Source of the DNA: a virus
Taxonomy: Duplodnaviria > Heunggongvirae > Uroviricota > Caudoviricetes
DNA length: 64,000 bases
Virus record (IMG/VR): IMGVR_UViG_3300029745_000341
Location: 64,001-128,000 of that record
Direction: 5' to 3' (one strand)
Made by a program: the position numbers and the translations under genes. Shown in pieces: positions 29,301 to 38,376 of this stretch (position 1 is its first letter; each line of letters opens with the position of its first letter). Under the pieces are notes generated by a model. That model was not told the origin of the DNA, made no database searches, and saw only the letters and a list, made by a program, of their open reading frames with translations.

Positions 29301-30902
29301 TTGTTCTTTGACAGCAGTCTTAGCCTTGTTATTGGCATCATCTTGACTTACAGTGGATGTAAATGGGGCACCCACTACATCTTGTTCGGTTACAGTAATC
29401 TTAGATCCTGTCTGACCTTCATTACAATCGTTTTTGGTAAATTCTTCACTGTATTTACCAGTCCACGTGCAATGTCCGTCCCGGTTGGCTATGGCCTGGC
29501 CCTGCTGCTCGACGGCAGCCTGAGCGAGCGCGTTAGCCGCCTCCTGGCTTTCGTATGAAGTAAAAGGACCACCGGTTACATCGTCTTGGTCTACTGTTAC
29601 CTGCGAACCTACGCCTTCTCCTTCACAATTGTCTTTTGTGAATACCTTGCTATATACACCAACAAATTGGTTTTTATCTATGCAAGTACCTTTCTTATTA
29701 GCAAGATCTTGTTTCTGTTCTTCCATAGCGGCCTCGGCCAACGCGTTAGCTGCCTCCTGGCTTTCCCTTGATACAAAAGCATCTGGGTATCCGGCAAGAT
29801 CCTTTTCAGTCAAATCAACGAAGCTTCCGGTCTGAGATTCGGCATCGCAATCATTTTTCTGAACACGAGCCGAAGCCTTTCCAACGAAATAATTTGGATC
29901 AGTAACGCATTCTCCATTCAGGTTGGCTTGTTCCTGACCGTTTTTCTCTATATCATCAAGAGCTTTCTGATCAGCATCTTCTTGACTTACGTCTGATGTG
30001 TATTTACCAGCTTCTACTGTGTAAGTGTAAGGAGCTCCGATAAAACCATCTTCGCAGTCATTTTTATAAAATACTTTTGACTTCTCTACATTATACCATA
30101 AATTTGTTTCACATGTACCATGCTCATTAGCATAACCTGGACCTTCAGCTTCCAAGGCATCCAAAGCCTTCTGATTAGCATCCTCCTTAGAAACAGAAGA
30201 AGAGAAGCGGCCGGCTTCTACAACGTACTCTACCATAGATCCAACTTCAGTCACTTCACAATCTGTCTTTTGGAACATCTTGGATTTCCTGTCATTGTAC
30301 CATTTTATGGTATTGCAAGTACCATGAGAATTAGCATAGTCTTGACCTTTGGCATTCAACTCAGCTTCAGCCTTACGGTCAGCATCTTCTTGGCTTATGG
30401 TAGAAGAAAATTGCCCGGCTTCGATCGTCATCGTAACCAAACTTCCTTCTTCGGTATCAGGATCGCAGTCGTTCTTTCTAAACGACTTTGATTTCTTGAC
30501 ATTGTACCATAATATGGTTATACAACGACCATGCTCATTAACCCAGTTCTGACCATTTTGCTCAATATCTCTCATAGCCTTGTCATCAGCATCAGACTGA
30601 GATATGATAGACGTGTATTTTCCGGCCTCAACAACGTACTCAAGCTCTTCCCCTTTCTCTGTCTCAGGATTACATCCTTCTTTTGTAAAAAGAGCCGACT
30701 GTCTTTTATTTCTATAAACTACCTGTTCTTTTTTTTTATGAACTACCGTACATTCTTCAGATACGCTACCATCCCTGGAAGACACTCTTATCTTGACACT
30801 TCTGTTGGCACCAGTATCATTTTCATCAAAGTAAACATTAACCTTACTGTTAAGACCGCCTTCTTTCTTATCTATGTTCGCCCAACAATTATCTACTTTC
30901 AT
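26391..30902 (-). CDS. DUF5977-repeat / BACON-domain adhesin-like virion protein
   Basis: 12 copies of a ~65-aa unit (F.K.DC...G..V.V.....FTS..SQ.DA...A......GQ..AN..G.C), Cys-rich inserts and two C-terminal BACON-like units (KPDW...ANSSSSSRSGTITFVQNESGKTVNVNITQ). Confidence 0.75.
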   Translation of the reverse strand: MKVDNCWANIDKKEGGLNSKVNVYFDENDTGANRSVKIRVSSRDGSVSEECTVVHKKKEQVVYRNKRQSALFTKEGCNPETEKGEELEYVVEAGKYTSIISQSDADDKAMRDIEQNGQNWVNEHGRCITILWYNVKKSKSFRKNDCDPDTEEGSLVTMTIEAGQFSSTISQEDADRKAEAELNAKGQDYANSHGTCNTIKWYNDRKSKMFQKTDCEVTEVGSMVEYVVEAGRFSSSVSKEDANQKALDALEAEGPGYANEHGTCETNLWYNVEKSKVFYKNDCEDGFIGAPYTYTVEAGKYTSDVSQEDADQKALDDIEKNGQEQANLNGECVTDPNYFVGKASARVQKNDCDAESQTGSFVDLTEKDLAGYPDAFVSRESQEAANALAEAAMEEQKQDLANKKGTCIDKNQFVGVYSKVFTKDNCEGEGVGSQVTVDQDDVTGGPFTSYESQEAANALAQAAVEQQGQAIANRDGHCTWTGKYSEEFTKNDCNEGQTGSKITVTEQDVVGAPFTSTVSQDDANNKAKTAVKEQGQAIANSKGNCENMTVYAGHYSKKFVPECEACHKGVEMEVTAEMVNGSPVTSTESQEAADAEARRIVEEGGQAYVNKNGNCTPLSTDPVWEDVVPEELRCNEGKSQKKQRDTNECSETHNQERWVDGGNKVCSWTGHYTETFQKNDCEIPDSGTEVEVSEADVEGNPFTSFVSQEDADNKAKEAVKAQGQAIANQKGKCRFVGVYSKQFTKDNCGSCQHGVPMSVTQDMVGGPFYSNESQEEANRLAQEAVEAQGQAYVNKNGTCETDNTDPVWEDSEPLETKCEGGKSYKKQVNTNECYGGENERWVEGGDKVCTWTGTYSKEFTKQCADGGVGSKVTIDQDDVTGGPFTSTVSQEDANSKAQAAVEQQGQALADAQGTCTWTGKASKVFTRNNCGSCQHGSSVTVTQDQVGGPFTSNISQADANKKAQDAVNSQGQAVANKNGDCVADSTTPSWSDTGSTRCDGCTSQKQQRDTNPCSSSYNNTRWVNGGGESCTDWSYYGTGDCVGHTQYDAYRDSCSGSIDRQYSVSCRNCCNCGSYGSWQENGCKNDQVKYVRYDDCGNADYKYEYEVGKCGYAPYVFEFVDGTTGKVWSGSGEAQTIQYTITSTKSGSYIGYSVQSKPDWCSVDYRDQTSTSMLAKITMTANSSSSSRSGTITFVQNESGKTVNVNITQAVAATYEFSANQSTWNADANGGANNSYLCIQLKSKKNGSKIGYTVSSKPSWVTEVTEKPSGVSCPVLSGYDYSFVIISSANSSSSSRSGTVTLKQNESGKTVNITVNQEGKAEAKPVPAHITLKNGSWATYRRDNVSYNPGAGKCIAGFEWTGDENENIRIYTCDIKVVDADYREISGATISIGTTTQRKQSGSSCSYFGAVMGGILAGYVHSGDENGDTTWYIRTINVSYEGKVYKTATVRKYEKQNISKKGGVFNVYNESPASYNFIVDGAECGDENGTLKYAYSQMDLNPA

Positions 30903-31668
30903 TCCTAATCCTCCATCTTAAATTTTCAGGATTTGTACTTACGTTGATTACCTCCGGTGATCCATCTGAATCAAGATCAACAACATCCTTGTCCAGGTGA
31001 ATCTCCTCCTTATCCACAGACTCGCATTCAACTATTTCAATAACATAATCTTTTATATTACTTTCTATACTTAACTGCGTGCTTGTTTCATCACCCTCAA
31101 TTTGTTCAAATTCCTTATCCAATTTAATGTAAGGAACGACCTTTCCAGGCTGATAAATAGGAATCAGTACACCATTTATAGTTATGTTCTCATTAACTTC
31201 ATTCCCATCCTCATTACCAGGCATGGAAACAATCATCGAAACCTGGAACGTGTCTTCAAGACCCGGATCACCAGGGAAACCATAATCAAGCCTAATATCA
31301 TTGACATCAATATTTAGACCAGAAGCGGTGGTAAATGCCTTTATAACACCCTTTATACCACTATCTCCTGTAATAAGGGCATTGATAGAAGCGGCGTTGG
31401 TAGTAATAAGGATCTGCTTATCTCCACCAGATATAGGGAACTCCAGCCTACTAACCGACACTTCTGTGATCTTAATACCTTTTTGCTTGAAAGTAATGGC
31501 TTTCATGCTTTCGGTATCGGACTTCTTCACAATTCGGATAGTGATCCTATCTTCCCTTCCTTTCCAAGATGGAGCATCGAAATTCATTTTATCACGACCG
31601 ACACCTTCCTTCTTATCTGAGGTAAGCCAAGAACCATCATCCATCTTATATATTCTTTCTTTGCTCAT
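30889..31668 (-). CDS. BACON/Ig-like structural protein
   Basis: WLTSDKKEGVG...WKGREDR...ITFKQKG pattern. Confidence 0.55.
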   Translation of the reverse strand: MSKERIYKMDDGSWLTSDKKEGVGRDKMNFDAPSWKGREDRITIRIVKKSDTESMKAITFKQKGIKITEVSVSRLEFPISGGDKQILITTNAASINALITGDSGIKGVIKAFTTASGLNIDVNDIRLDYGFPGDPGLEDTFQVSMIVSMPGNEDGNEVNENITINGVLIPIYQPGKVVPYIKLDKEFEQIEGDETSTQLSIESNIKDYVIEIVECESVDKEEIHLDKDVVDLDSDGSPEVINVSTNPENLRWRIRNESR

Positions 31669-31683
31669 AATAACCCTCCTTCA

Positions 31684-32070
31684 TTAAAGTGTCAGTTCCC
31701 ATTCAACGCCATCATCTACCACAACCTGTACCGTAGCCGTACCGCCTGTGGCTTCAAATGTTATGTCAGTAGGAATAACATCAAATATCTCTTGTACGCC
31801 AACACATCCTAAGCCGCAGATAATATCCTTAAACCATTCCTCTTTAGCGTATTTTTTAAGAACTTCTTTAAAGAACTCACGAAGCCAATCTGAATCAATA
31901 GATTCCTTAAGTATGGTTTCTATTATTTCCTTAAGCCAAGATTCGTGCATTTCCTCTTTCAGAATCTCTTTAATAAGCTCGACAATGGTTTCTTTATCTA
32001 ACTTATCAGAAGGCACAGAGCCATCAACGAGATTACCCCCACATATAAATCCTTTGCATTTTTCTGCCAT
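31684..32070 (-). CDS. Hypothetical protein with helical repeats
   Basis: Repeated WL.E....ILK units. C-terminus PTDITFEATGGTATVQV is BACON-like. Confidence 0.55.
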   Translation of the reverse strand: MAEKCKGFICGGNLVDGSVPSDKLDKETIVELIKEILKEEMHESWLKEIIETILKESIDSDWLREFFKEVLKKYAKEEWFKDIICGLGCVGVQEIFDVIPTDITFEATGGTATVQVVVDDGVEWELTL

Positions 32071-32086
32071 TTCTTATCCTCCTAAA

Positions 32087-32509
32087 TTAACAATGGAACC
32101 CATAAGAACTATTTGCTTCTTCTCGGTACACAACCCTCACTTCAGCAAGTTCATCCTGTTGACACATATCCCGGCAGAACCTAACAGTACGACCCTGGAC
32201 TTTATACATATCAGAAGGTACGACACCCCCGCAATAAGATACAAGCAAAATCTCTGCCGGATCTTTCTTTAGAACCACATGAGAAGTACCGTCAAACACT
32301 TCTGTATTGACAGATCCACTTACGTTAATAGCCCTTGAAACGTATTTAGCTAAATTAGCTAAAGCTCCGTCTAAAGGCATACCATGATACAAACCAGCTT
32401 CTTCTATAGTTTCTCCATCATAGAATATGTTAGAAGAAGGAATATTGCAATGATGCGGGCGTTCGCACCCACCATGACTGCCAAAACAACCGTTACCTGT
32501 TATTGCCAT
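32087..32509 (-). CDS. Cys-containing hypothetical protein
   Basis: 140-aa ORF in the operon. Confidence 0.55.
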   Translation of the reverse strand: MAITGNGCFGSHGGCERPHHCNIPSSNIFYDGETIEEAGLYHGMPLDGALANLAKYVSRAINVSGSVNTEVFDGTSHVVLKKDPAEILLVSYCGGVVPSDMYKVQGRTVRFCRDMCQQDELAEVRVVYREEANSSYGFHC

Positions 32510-32771
32510 TGTTACTCAAAATATTTATTTTTTGTTTTAAAAATTCTATTTCCCTATCCTGGTATTCCATACGGCATATCATTGCATTGATTAAAGCCGT
32601 AAGATCAGATTTCTTAGCCAGACTGAAGTAGCCAGCGTTGATGCCGTCCGCACAGTACACGCAGTTCGTGCAGGTGTATCCGTCCGGGCATGGCACCGGC
32701 GTCTCGTCCACATGTGGAACATATACGTGTTTGCCACTTAAATCCTTACCAATTTGTGCACTCTTTCCCAT
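32493..32771 (-). CDS. Cys-rich hypothetical protein
   Basis: ATG at 32771 (MGKSAQ). CPDGYTCTNCVYC and a C-terminal coiled coil. Confidence 0.55.
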   Translation of the reverse strand: MGKSAQIGKDLSGKHVYVPHVDETPVPCPDGYTCTNCVYCADGINAGYFSLAKKSDLTALINAMICRMEYQDREIEFLKQKINILSNNGNNR

Positions 32772-33099
32772 TTTGAAGTTGTTTTTCGAGTTTTTCAACC
32801 CTTTGTTTTAAAAGCGTATTTTCTTCAACCATCCTATCCAAAAACTTATCTATGTTTTCGAAAACCAGTTCTATATTATGTATAACCTCATTATAAGGCA
32901 TACCTGGAGTTAATTTGGATATGAATGTCTTGCATCCTGTATAATGAATGCAATGATCGCTTAAATGACCATACGGGCAATCGCATTCTTTTGGAAGAAT
33001 TTCGCAATTGTCCGTACAGTCATTACACGGATCAGACCCGATACAGATATTAGATCTCAGAATATCAGGTCTGTCATCTTTACAAGTGTTACAATTCAT
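32746..33099 (-). CDS. Cys-rich hypothetical protein
   Basis: CDCPYGHLSDHCIHYTGC and a C-terminal coiled coil. Paralogous-looking to its neighbours. Confidence 0.55.
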   Translation of the reverse strand: MNCNTCKDDRPDILRSNICIGSDPCNDCTDNCEILPKECDCPYGHLSDHCIHYTGCKTFISKLTPGMPYNEVIHNIELVFENIDKFLDRMVEENTLLKQRVEKLEKQLQNGKECTNW

Positions 33100-33157
33100 G
33101 ACTTTCTTTTTTTTGGTGCAAGATAATAATTTTCATTCACACCATCACAATAAGAAG

Positions 33158-34556
33158 TCAATCAATGTATTCCAAGCGGTTAGTGCTGCCTTTAAAAACG
33201 TATCCGCATCTGTTTTCTATCTCTACATCGGTAATAGGGAGAATAGCATCTTTGCCATAAGTAAGTTCGCATTTTGAAATAAAATTTACTATACCTTGAT
33301 AATTACCATGAAATTCCCTTGCGAGTTTCCTGCCGGTAGGAATCCCTTCTTTATTGGTTTCAGGAATACCTATCAAGCACTTTATCCAGTTTGGTTCATT
33401 CTTGTTATTGCTTCGTATTTCATAGTTCACGATATCAAATACAATACCTTCAAGGTTCTTTACATCGATGCTGTCCGCATCCATTTTCTTATCAATACGA
33501 ATCGTGCTTGTTAAATCTCGTAATTTCATGATATTTTCTATTTTTGACATTAATGAATAACTGTCACAGTGTTTTAAAAGACCGAAATAAGAAGACCAGC
33601 TTTCATTTGTAATACACTTCTTCGCGTCTTTGGCTACCCTCTTCCTTATTGTCACATAACCTTTATTGTGTTCAGATACGCCTTTGTTATTACGGTGGAA
33701 AACATACCCGCAAAAATCAAGAGGTATATCCATGTCTGTTATAATACAAGTATGCCTTTTAGATCTTATCTTAAGCTCATACCACCAATAATTCTTAATC
33801 CTCCATTTGGCAGTATTAGCATCCTCCTTAGTATAGAAAGCAAGGAAATTATCGTCGGCATATCTCAATGAAAAAGGAGCTATTCTTTTTGCAAGATCAT
33901 CAAAATCTTTCATAAGGAGATGATGAATGAAAGGGCTTGTAGGGGTTCCTATAGGTAGCTCTCCAGATACGAAACTTACGTCTATTACAAAATCTATAAA
34001 CTTTTTATTTGAAATAAAGTTCTTAAGTACTTTTCTAAACACTTTGTCTTTTACATGGTTATAACATTTACGTTGATCTATAACCAAACAATACTTCAAA
34101 TCAAGTCTATCATAATAAACGTGCTTCATCTTTTTAATAAGAGACCTTGATTTAGACGATGCTGTTATGCCAAATCCAGGCTTACAATTAAGACCATTCA
34201 TATTATCCTTCTCATAATACAAAGGACCTAACTTTACTAAAACAAGATGCTGATAGATTCTGGTGGTAAGATCCGGGCTGTTTATTTCACGAACCTTACC
34301 ATTCTTGTTTTCTTTTTACAAGTTTGCGATATTTGATTTTGCTAACATAAGTACCATCTAAATACCATTCATACAATTTTAACGAATTACCATCAAAATC
34401 AGAATTAAAATTAACAACATCATTCTTTTTAGAATGGTTTTTAAATGCTGCTTCGCATGCTTCTCTAATATCATTCAAACTTATATCTATATAGTTTGAA
34501 ACTGATTTCAGTTGTGGGCTAATGACGGGCTTACGGCCGTCGCGCATCTCTATCAT
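33158..34556 (-). pseudogene. DGR reverse transcriptase, split by a 1-nt frameshift at 34313-34317
   Basis: IDQRKCY, GELPIGTPTSP, LRYADD and LDFCGY motifs. Removing one A from GTAAAAAG joins ...KYRKLVK to ENKNGKVREINSPDLTTRIYQH, the conserved RT N-terminal block. Confidence 0.9.
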
Positions 34557-34651
34557 ATTTTTATCATATAACCTCATACGCTTGTCTTTTATTGATTCTC
34601 CACTCCTGGGAAAGATTAAAAAGAATATACCCAATTTTTTTAGCCCACACA

Positions 34652-34761
34652 GGGCAAGGCCACAATTGTTGCGATTCGTATTAGAAGTGGCGTTATTCGC
34701 ATTCAGATTACGAGGCGAGCAATTGCCATTGTTCGCATTACCGCCGAAACGAGCAGCCAAT
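34652..34761 (-). repeat. DGR template repeat (TR)
   Basis: 110-nt ungapped match to 35116-35225, rich in AAY codons. All 16 mismatches are at TR adenines. Confidence 0.97.
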
Positions 34762-34903
34762 TCTTTTTAACCTCTTTCTCAACCGTTATTTGCTATTTCA
34801 GAGGTCAGATCCCAATGTAAGACTTGTTAGCAGACTAACGGATTTCATTGAATAGATTTTTATTGTTTATAATGTTAACTATCTCTGTTGTCTAATGACA
34901 TTG

Positions 34904-34935
34904 CAAATGTATGTATAATATTTTATAGCTACAAA
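34904..34935 (-). promoter_or_regulatory. Bacteroidota-type promoter for the TR-RT transcript
   Basis: Minus strand TTTG (34932-34935)-N20-TACATTTG (34904-34911). Confidence 0.7.
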
Positions 34936-34988
34936 ACAATTTGTATTAAATATTTTAAATTTTTGTTTTGTAGCTATAAAATATTATA
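34914..34988. repeat. Perfect 26-bp inverted repeat with a 23-nt spacer
   Basis: TATAATATTTTATAGCTACAAAACAA (34914-34939) and its exact reverse complement (34963-34988). Confidence 0.9.
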
Positions 34989-34998
34989 TTAACAAGAT

Positions 34999-35081
34999 AC
35001 GGCTGCGCCGTGATATAGTATAAAAGGCTGCGCCTTAGCGCTGCGCTTATGATGGCTGCGCCATCAATGGGTTGCACCCAT
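34999..35081 (-). repeat. Tandem mini-hairpins with 3-nt loops downstream of VR
   Basis: Minus strand ATGGGT-GCA-ACCCAT, TGATGGC-GCA-GCCATCA, AGCG-CAG-CGCT, AAGGC-GCA-GCCTT, ACGGC-GCA-GCCGT. Confidence 0.85.
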
Positions 35082-37138
35082 CAAACCTGCGGTTGACTGG
35101 CGTCTAATAACAACTGGGCAAGGCCACAAAAGTTGCGATACGAAATAGAAGTGGCGCTAGCCGCAGACAGATAACGAGGCGAGCAATTGCCAAAGGACGC
35201 ATAACCGCCGAAACGAGCAGCCAATCTGGACTTTATACCGACAGACGAAGCCCAGTTGCAATTGTCCCATGCATAAAAACATTCTCCTGTTCCGATACTT
35301 CCCCCTTTTTTATCCTTCCATCCGGTATAAGGAATACGGTGTAAAGCATAACTATTTCCTAAATTTTGGGTAGTTGCTATCTTTTTATATTTAGATTCAA
35401 AATTAAAAACCTCACCATTATTTATAGTAGACCTTTTCTCATATGTCCATTTCTTTTGATCTGGCTCTATATAAATATCAATAGTATTACCTATTCGAGT
35501 GACATTAGGATCATTTAAACAAGTCCCTACCTGTTCGTATCCTCCTCCACAATACCTAAAGACGTCTCCAGACAGATTCATACCATCGTATAAAGACATC
35601 CTTAAAATAACTTCCAAATCAAATTCTGCCGGTTCGTCATTTTCGTTTAAGTCCGATATGGTACCAGTCATTTCCTTAAACACAATAACATTCATATGGC
35701 CTTCAGCCATACTCTTGGCTCCCTGGACGTTCTTATACCAGTATTTTCCTCCATAAAAATCAAACTCTGATCCTTCTTCTACGCCTGTTTCAAATGCAAA
35801 AGAAGCCGCCATCTGACTTTCCATGCACTGTTCTTTAGGATACTCTGAATTTATGAGGTTAGAAAAATTAGTTGTTTTAGTAGGTTCATAATGGATAATA
35901 GAAGCATTTGTAGCCCATACTCCATACAGCCACGACTCTTCTCCTTTTTTACGGTATTTCACTCCTCCACATTTGCGATAATTGACATCATTACCTATTC
36001 CGTTATTACTTGATATTCCAGAACCGAAAGTGTCTGGATTAACCAAGTATTTAGTACCGTACAGCATTTCAAGGTATATGATATAGGCATTCAAGGTCAA
36101 AAAACCACCTTCAGAAAAAGGATAAGAAGATTCAGGATCTACGTTATTAGCCCTCGAATACTTAGCTATATTGATTTGATTTGCGTCATTGCTCCTCGGA
36201 TAAGTTCTTCCATTTAGAAACATCGTGCAGGCGTTACCAACTCCGGCTCCGGATTTACAATTTGTTTCTCCCTCATACAAGAAAAAGAAAGATCTTGCCT
36301 TGGAGTCTACTGTACATACCGGTCCAGGAGATAAGGCTGTGGGCGGCAGCACAGGGCACGTCTGGCGCAGGTCAAGTCCGTCCAGCATAGGAACCGTGTC
36401 TGCGTCGTACACACCAGACCATATTTTCCCACTTTTTCCAACTACCTTATCAACTACATACAGACTCTTGCTACATCCTAAGAATATGCTATAATTCTTT
36501 GAAGTAGTCTCCCAAGGTCTTAAAATCCTTACCTCTGATCCTGATACATTATAAAGTTTTTGACCAATACCATACTCTTCGTAAAAAGCCTTGGCGTCAA
36601 ATGCTCCGGCATCACAATACTTATTTTTATGACCGTTATCCAAATACAGTTCCACATCGCATTCGGCTCTCATTTCCTCGGTTATACCCACCGTAGGAGC
36701 AAAATCTCCGTTTTCAAATCTAAGGAGATTATTCTTACGAAGCTTCCCGACCGGACGCACTTTGTCTCCGGTATTTTGAGTCATGTCTATAAGGTAAAAA
36801 TCCCAAGAAGGGAGAAGGCTTTTGTCGCCAACTGATTCCGTGGCTTCTGGAGGAAGTTGGTCCTCAGCCCAAGCGGATGCCGATCCTGAAGCACCTTCTT
36901 TAAGAACATTGAAAGTATTACCATCAGACAAAACAAAAGGCTCAGATTCCTCCCCTTTCTTCGATAAAAACTTTTCCCTTTTACCAACTTGATTAACGAC
37001 GATGTTCTTCTTAGCCTTATTCCCTTCATCGGAAATAGTGTAATTCAAAGTCGTATCAAGACCTTCATTTATTTCAGAAAACACCGACACCAGTTTATCG
37101 TTCTCACCTTCTGTCGGATTAAATTTTACGTTGCTCAT
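35081..37138 (-). CDS. DGR target protein, probable receptor-binding protein with a C-terminal C-type-lectin-like fold
   Basis: Ends in the VR (AARFGGYASFGNCSPRYLSAASATSISYRNFCG). NLSGDVFRY and RFGG resemble FGE/CLec DGR target motifs. ATG at 37138. Confidence 0.85.
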   Translation of the reverse strand: MSNVKFNPTEGENDKLVSVFSEINEGLDTTLNYTISDEGNKAKKNIVVNQVGKREKFLSKKGEESEPFVLSDGNTFNVLKEGASGSASAWAEDQLPPEATESVGDKSLLPSWDFYLIDMTQNTGDKVRPVGKLRKNNLLRFENGDFAPTVGITEEMRAECDVELYLDNGHKNKYCDAGAFDAKAFYEEYGIGQKLYNVSGSEVRILRPWETTSKNYSIFLGCSKSLYVVDKVVGKSGKIWSGVYDADTVPMLDGLDLRQTCPVLPPTALSPGPVCTVDSKARSFFFLYEGETNCKSGAGVGNACTMFLNGRTYPRSNDANQINIAKYSRANNVDPESSYPFSEGGFLTLNAYIIYLEMLYGTKYLVNPDTFGSGISSNNGIGNDVNYRKCGGVKYRKKGEESWLYGVWATNASIIHYEPTKTTNFSNLINSEYPKEQCMESQMAASFAFETGVEEGSEFDFYGGKYWYKNVQGAKSMAEGHMNVIVFKEMTGTISDLNENDEPAEFDLEVILRMSLYDGMNLSGDVFRYCGGGYEQVGTCLNDPNVTRIGNTIDIYIEPDQKKWTYEKRSTINNGEVFNFESKYKKIATTQNLGNSYALHRIPYTGWKDKKGGSIGTGECFYAWDNCNWASSVGIKSRLAARFGGYASFGNCSPRYLSAASATSISYRNFCGLAQLLLDASQPQV
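35116..35225 (-). repeat. DGR variable repeat (VR)
   Basis: At the 3' end of the target gene, with 16 A-to-N substitutions relative to TR. Confidence 0.97.
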
Positions 37139-37140
37139 TT

Positions 37141-37779
37141 TCAAAAATCAAATTTGCATTCATCAACAACAGGCTCGCATTTGGTATTTTCATTAACCCA
37201 TTTCATGCCCTCTTCTTCCAGTATCTTCTTAGCCTTTTCATTGGCATCATCAACGCTAATGAAAGACGTTACGGTACCAGCGTATATCCTCCTGTATTTC
37301 TCAGGGGCCTTCCATCCTTCCTTACAACGTTTACTAAACCAACCATGTTGATCTTCGTTGTAATAAACGGTTTTACATACTCCAGATTCGTTAGCGGCAG
37401 CCTGCCCTTCTTGCTCAAGAATCTTCGCAGCTTCGTAGTTGGCTATTTCGGTACTGAACTTAGACCATACACGCCCGGCCTCTACCACGTGATGTGTGGG
37501 TTGTTCTTGTTTTTGACCATCAGGACAATCATTTTTAAAGAAATCCCCTTCCTGTCTTGTGTTATAATATACCTCGCAACAGCCACCTACTTTATTAGCA
37601 TACAACGGACCTTCTTTCTCCGCAAACTCTTCCGCTTTCCTATCTGCATCATCCTGGCTTATATCCGAACAAAATTCAGCCTCATGAACGATAAACGTTT
37701 CTTCAGAACCAAGATCTTCCAGACAATCCGATTTCTTGAAAGCTTTTCTGTATTCTTTGTTGTAATACATCTTTTTCAT
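37141..37779 (-). CDS. DUF5977-repeat protein (3 units)
   Basis: Same repeat as 26391-30902. Confidence 0.7.
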   Translation of the reverse strand: MKKMYYNKEYRKAFKKSDCLEDLGSEETFIVHEAEFCSDISQDDADRKAEEFAEKEGPLYANKVGGCCEVYYNTRQEGDFFKNDCPDGQKQEQPTHHVVEAGRVWSKFSTEIANYEAAKILEQEGQAAANESGVCKTVYYNEDQHGWFSKRCKEGWKAPEKYRRIYAGTVTSFISVDDANEKAKKILEEEGMKWVNENTKCEPVVDECKFDF

Positions 37780-38027
37780 GACAAGATCTTATTAAGTTCT
37801 TCTTTAAATTTCTGAATCTCGTCCGGGCACAACCCGCATTCCCCTTCACATACGATTCTTCTCATACGATCTATTTTAAGAACCGTATCCATATCAGGCT
37901 TAATACCTACCTTATACTTATGATATTGTAGATACTGATCAGCCTTACATGCTATAAAACGATCAGCACACTCACATAAGTAAGATGAAGGGAAAAGAAT
38001 TTGCTGTGTACTTCCGGTAACTGCCAT
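37776..38027 (-). CDS. Hypothetical protein
   Basis: 83-aa ORF, translationally coupled. Confidence 0.55.
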   Translation of the reverse strand: MAVTGSTQQILFPSSYLCECADRFIACKADQYLQYHKYKVGIKPDMDTVLKIDRMRRIVCEGECGLCPDEIQKFKEELNKILS

Positions 38028-38028
38028 A

Positions 38029-38355
38029 TCACTTCACGGTAAAATACCTGGCGTATTCTTTATTTATGTATTCAGAATAAGTAGCAAGATCATCCGGATC
38101 CGGGCACTCGTTCTTCAAATTAACAATCCAGCCTCTTACCAGCTTTTGAATATCAGCATACCTTTTACTTACACCTCCTACAAACCTGAACTTGCGATGA
38201 AGGTCTATGATTTTCTTGTCCAATACAGCAAGTTCATCGTATTTCTGAATACAAGCCGCATTAGAATCAGCTTTAGGTGTCGTATTCGACTGAGGCTTTA
38301 TAGCCCTATTTCTATTAACAGAAGTAATATTACTTCTTCCACATCCACATCCCAT
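38029..38355 (-). CDS. Hypothetical protein (MGCGCG N-terminus)
   Basis: 108-aa ORF in the operon. Confidence 0.55.
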   Translation of the reverse strand: MGCGCGRSNITSVNRNRAIKPQSNTTPKADSNAACIQKYDELAVLDKKIIDLHRKFRFVGGVSKRYADIQKLVRGWIVNLKNECPDPDDLATYSEYINKEYARYFTVK

Positions 38356-38376
38356 AATTAACTTATATTTAATTTA

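Larger units (their letters stand above)
33158..37138 (-). mobile_element. Diversity-generating retroelement (target gene/VR, TR, RT)
   Basis: RT, TR, VR with adenine-specific divergence, and downstream hairpins are all present. Confidence 0.95.

Noticed and set aside
33158..34556. Retron, group II intron or Abi RT
   Set aside because: The adjacent TR/VR pair with adenine-only mismatches and the LPIG motif identify a DGR RT.
34296..34760. Independent 154-aa Asn-rich protein in the ORF track
   Set aside because: It is the TR read in frame joined to the frameshifted RT N-terminus.
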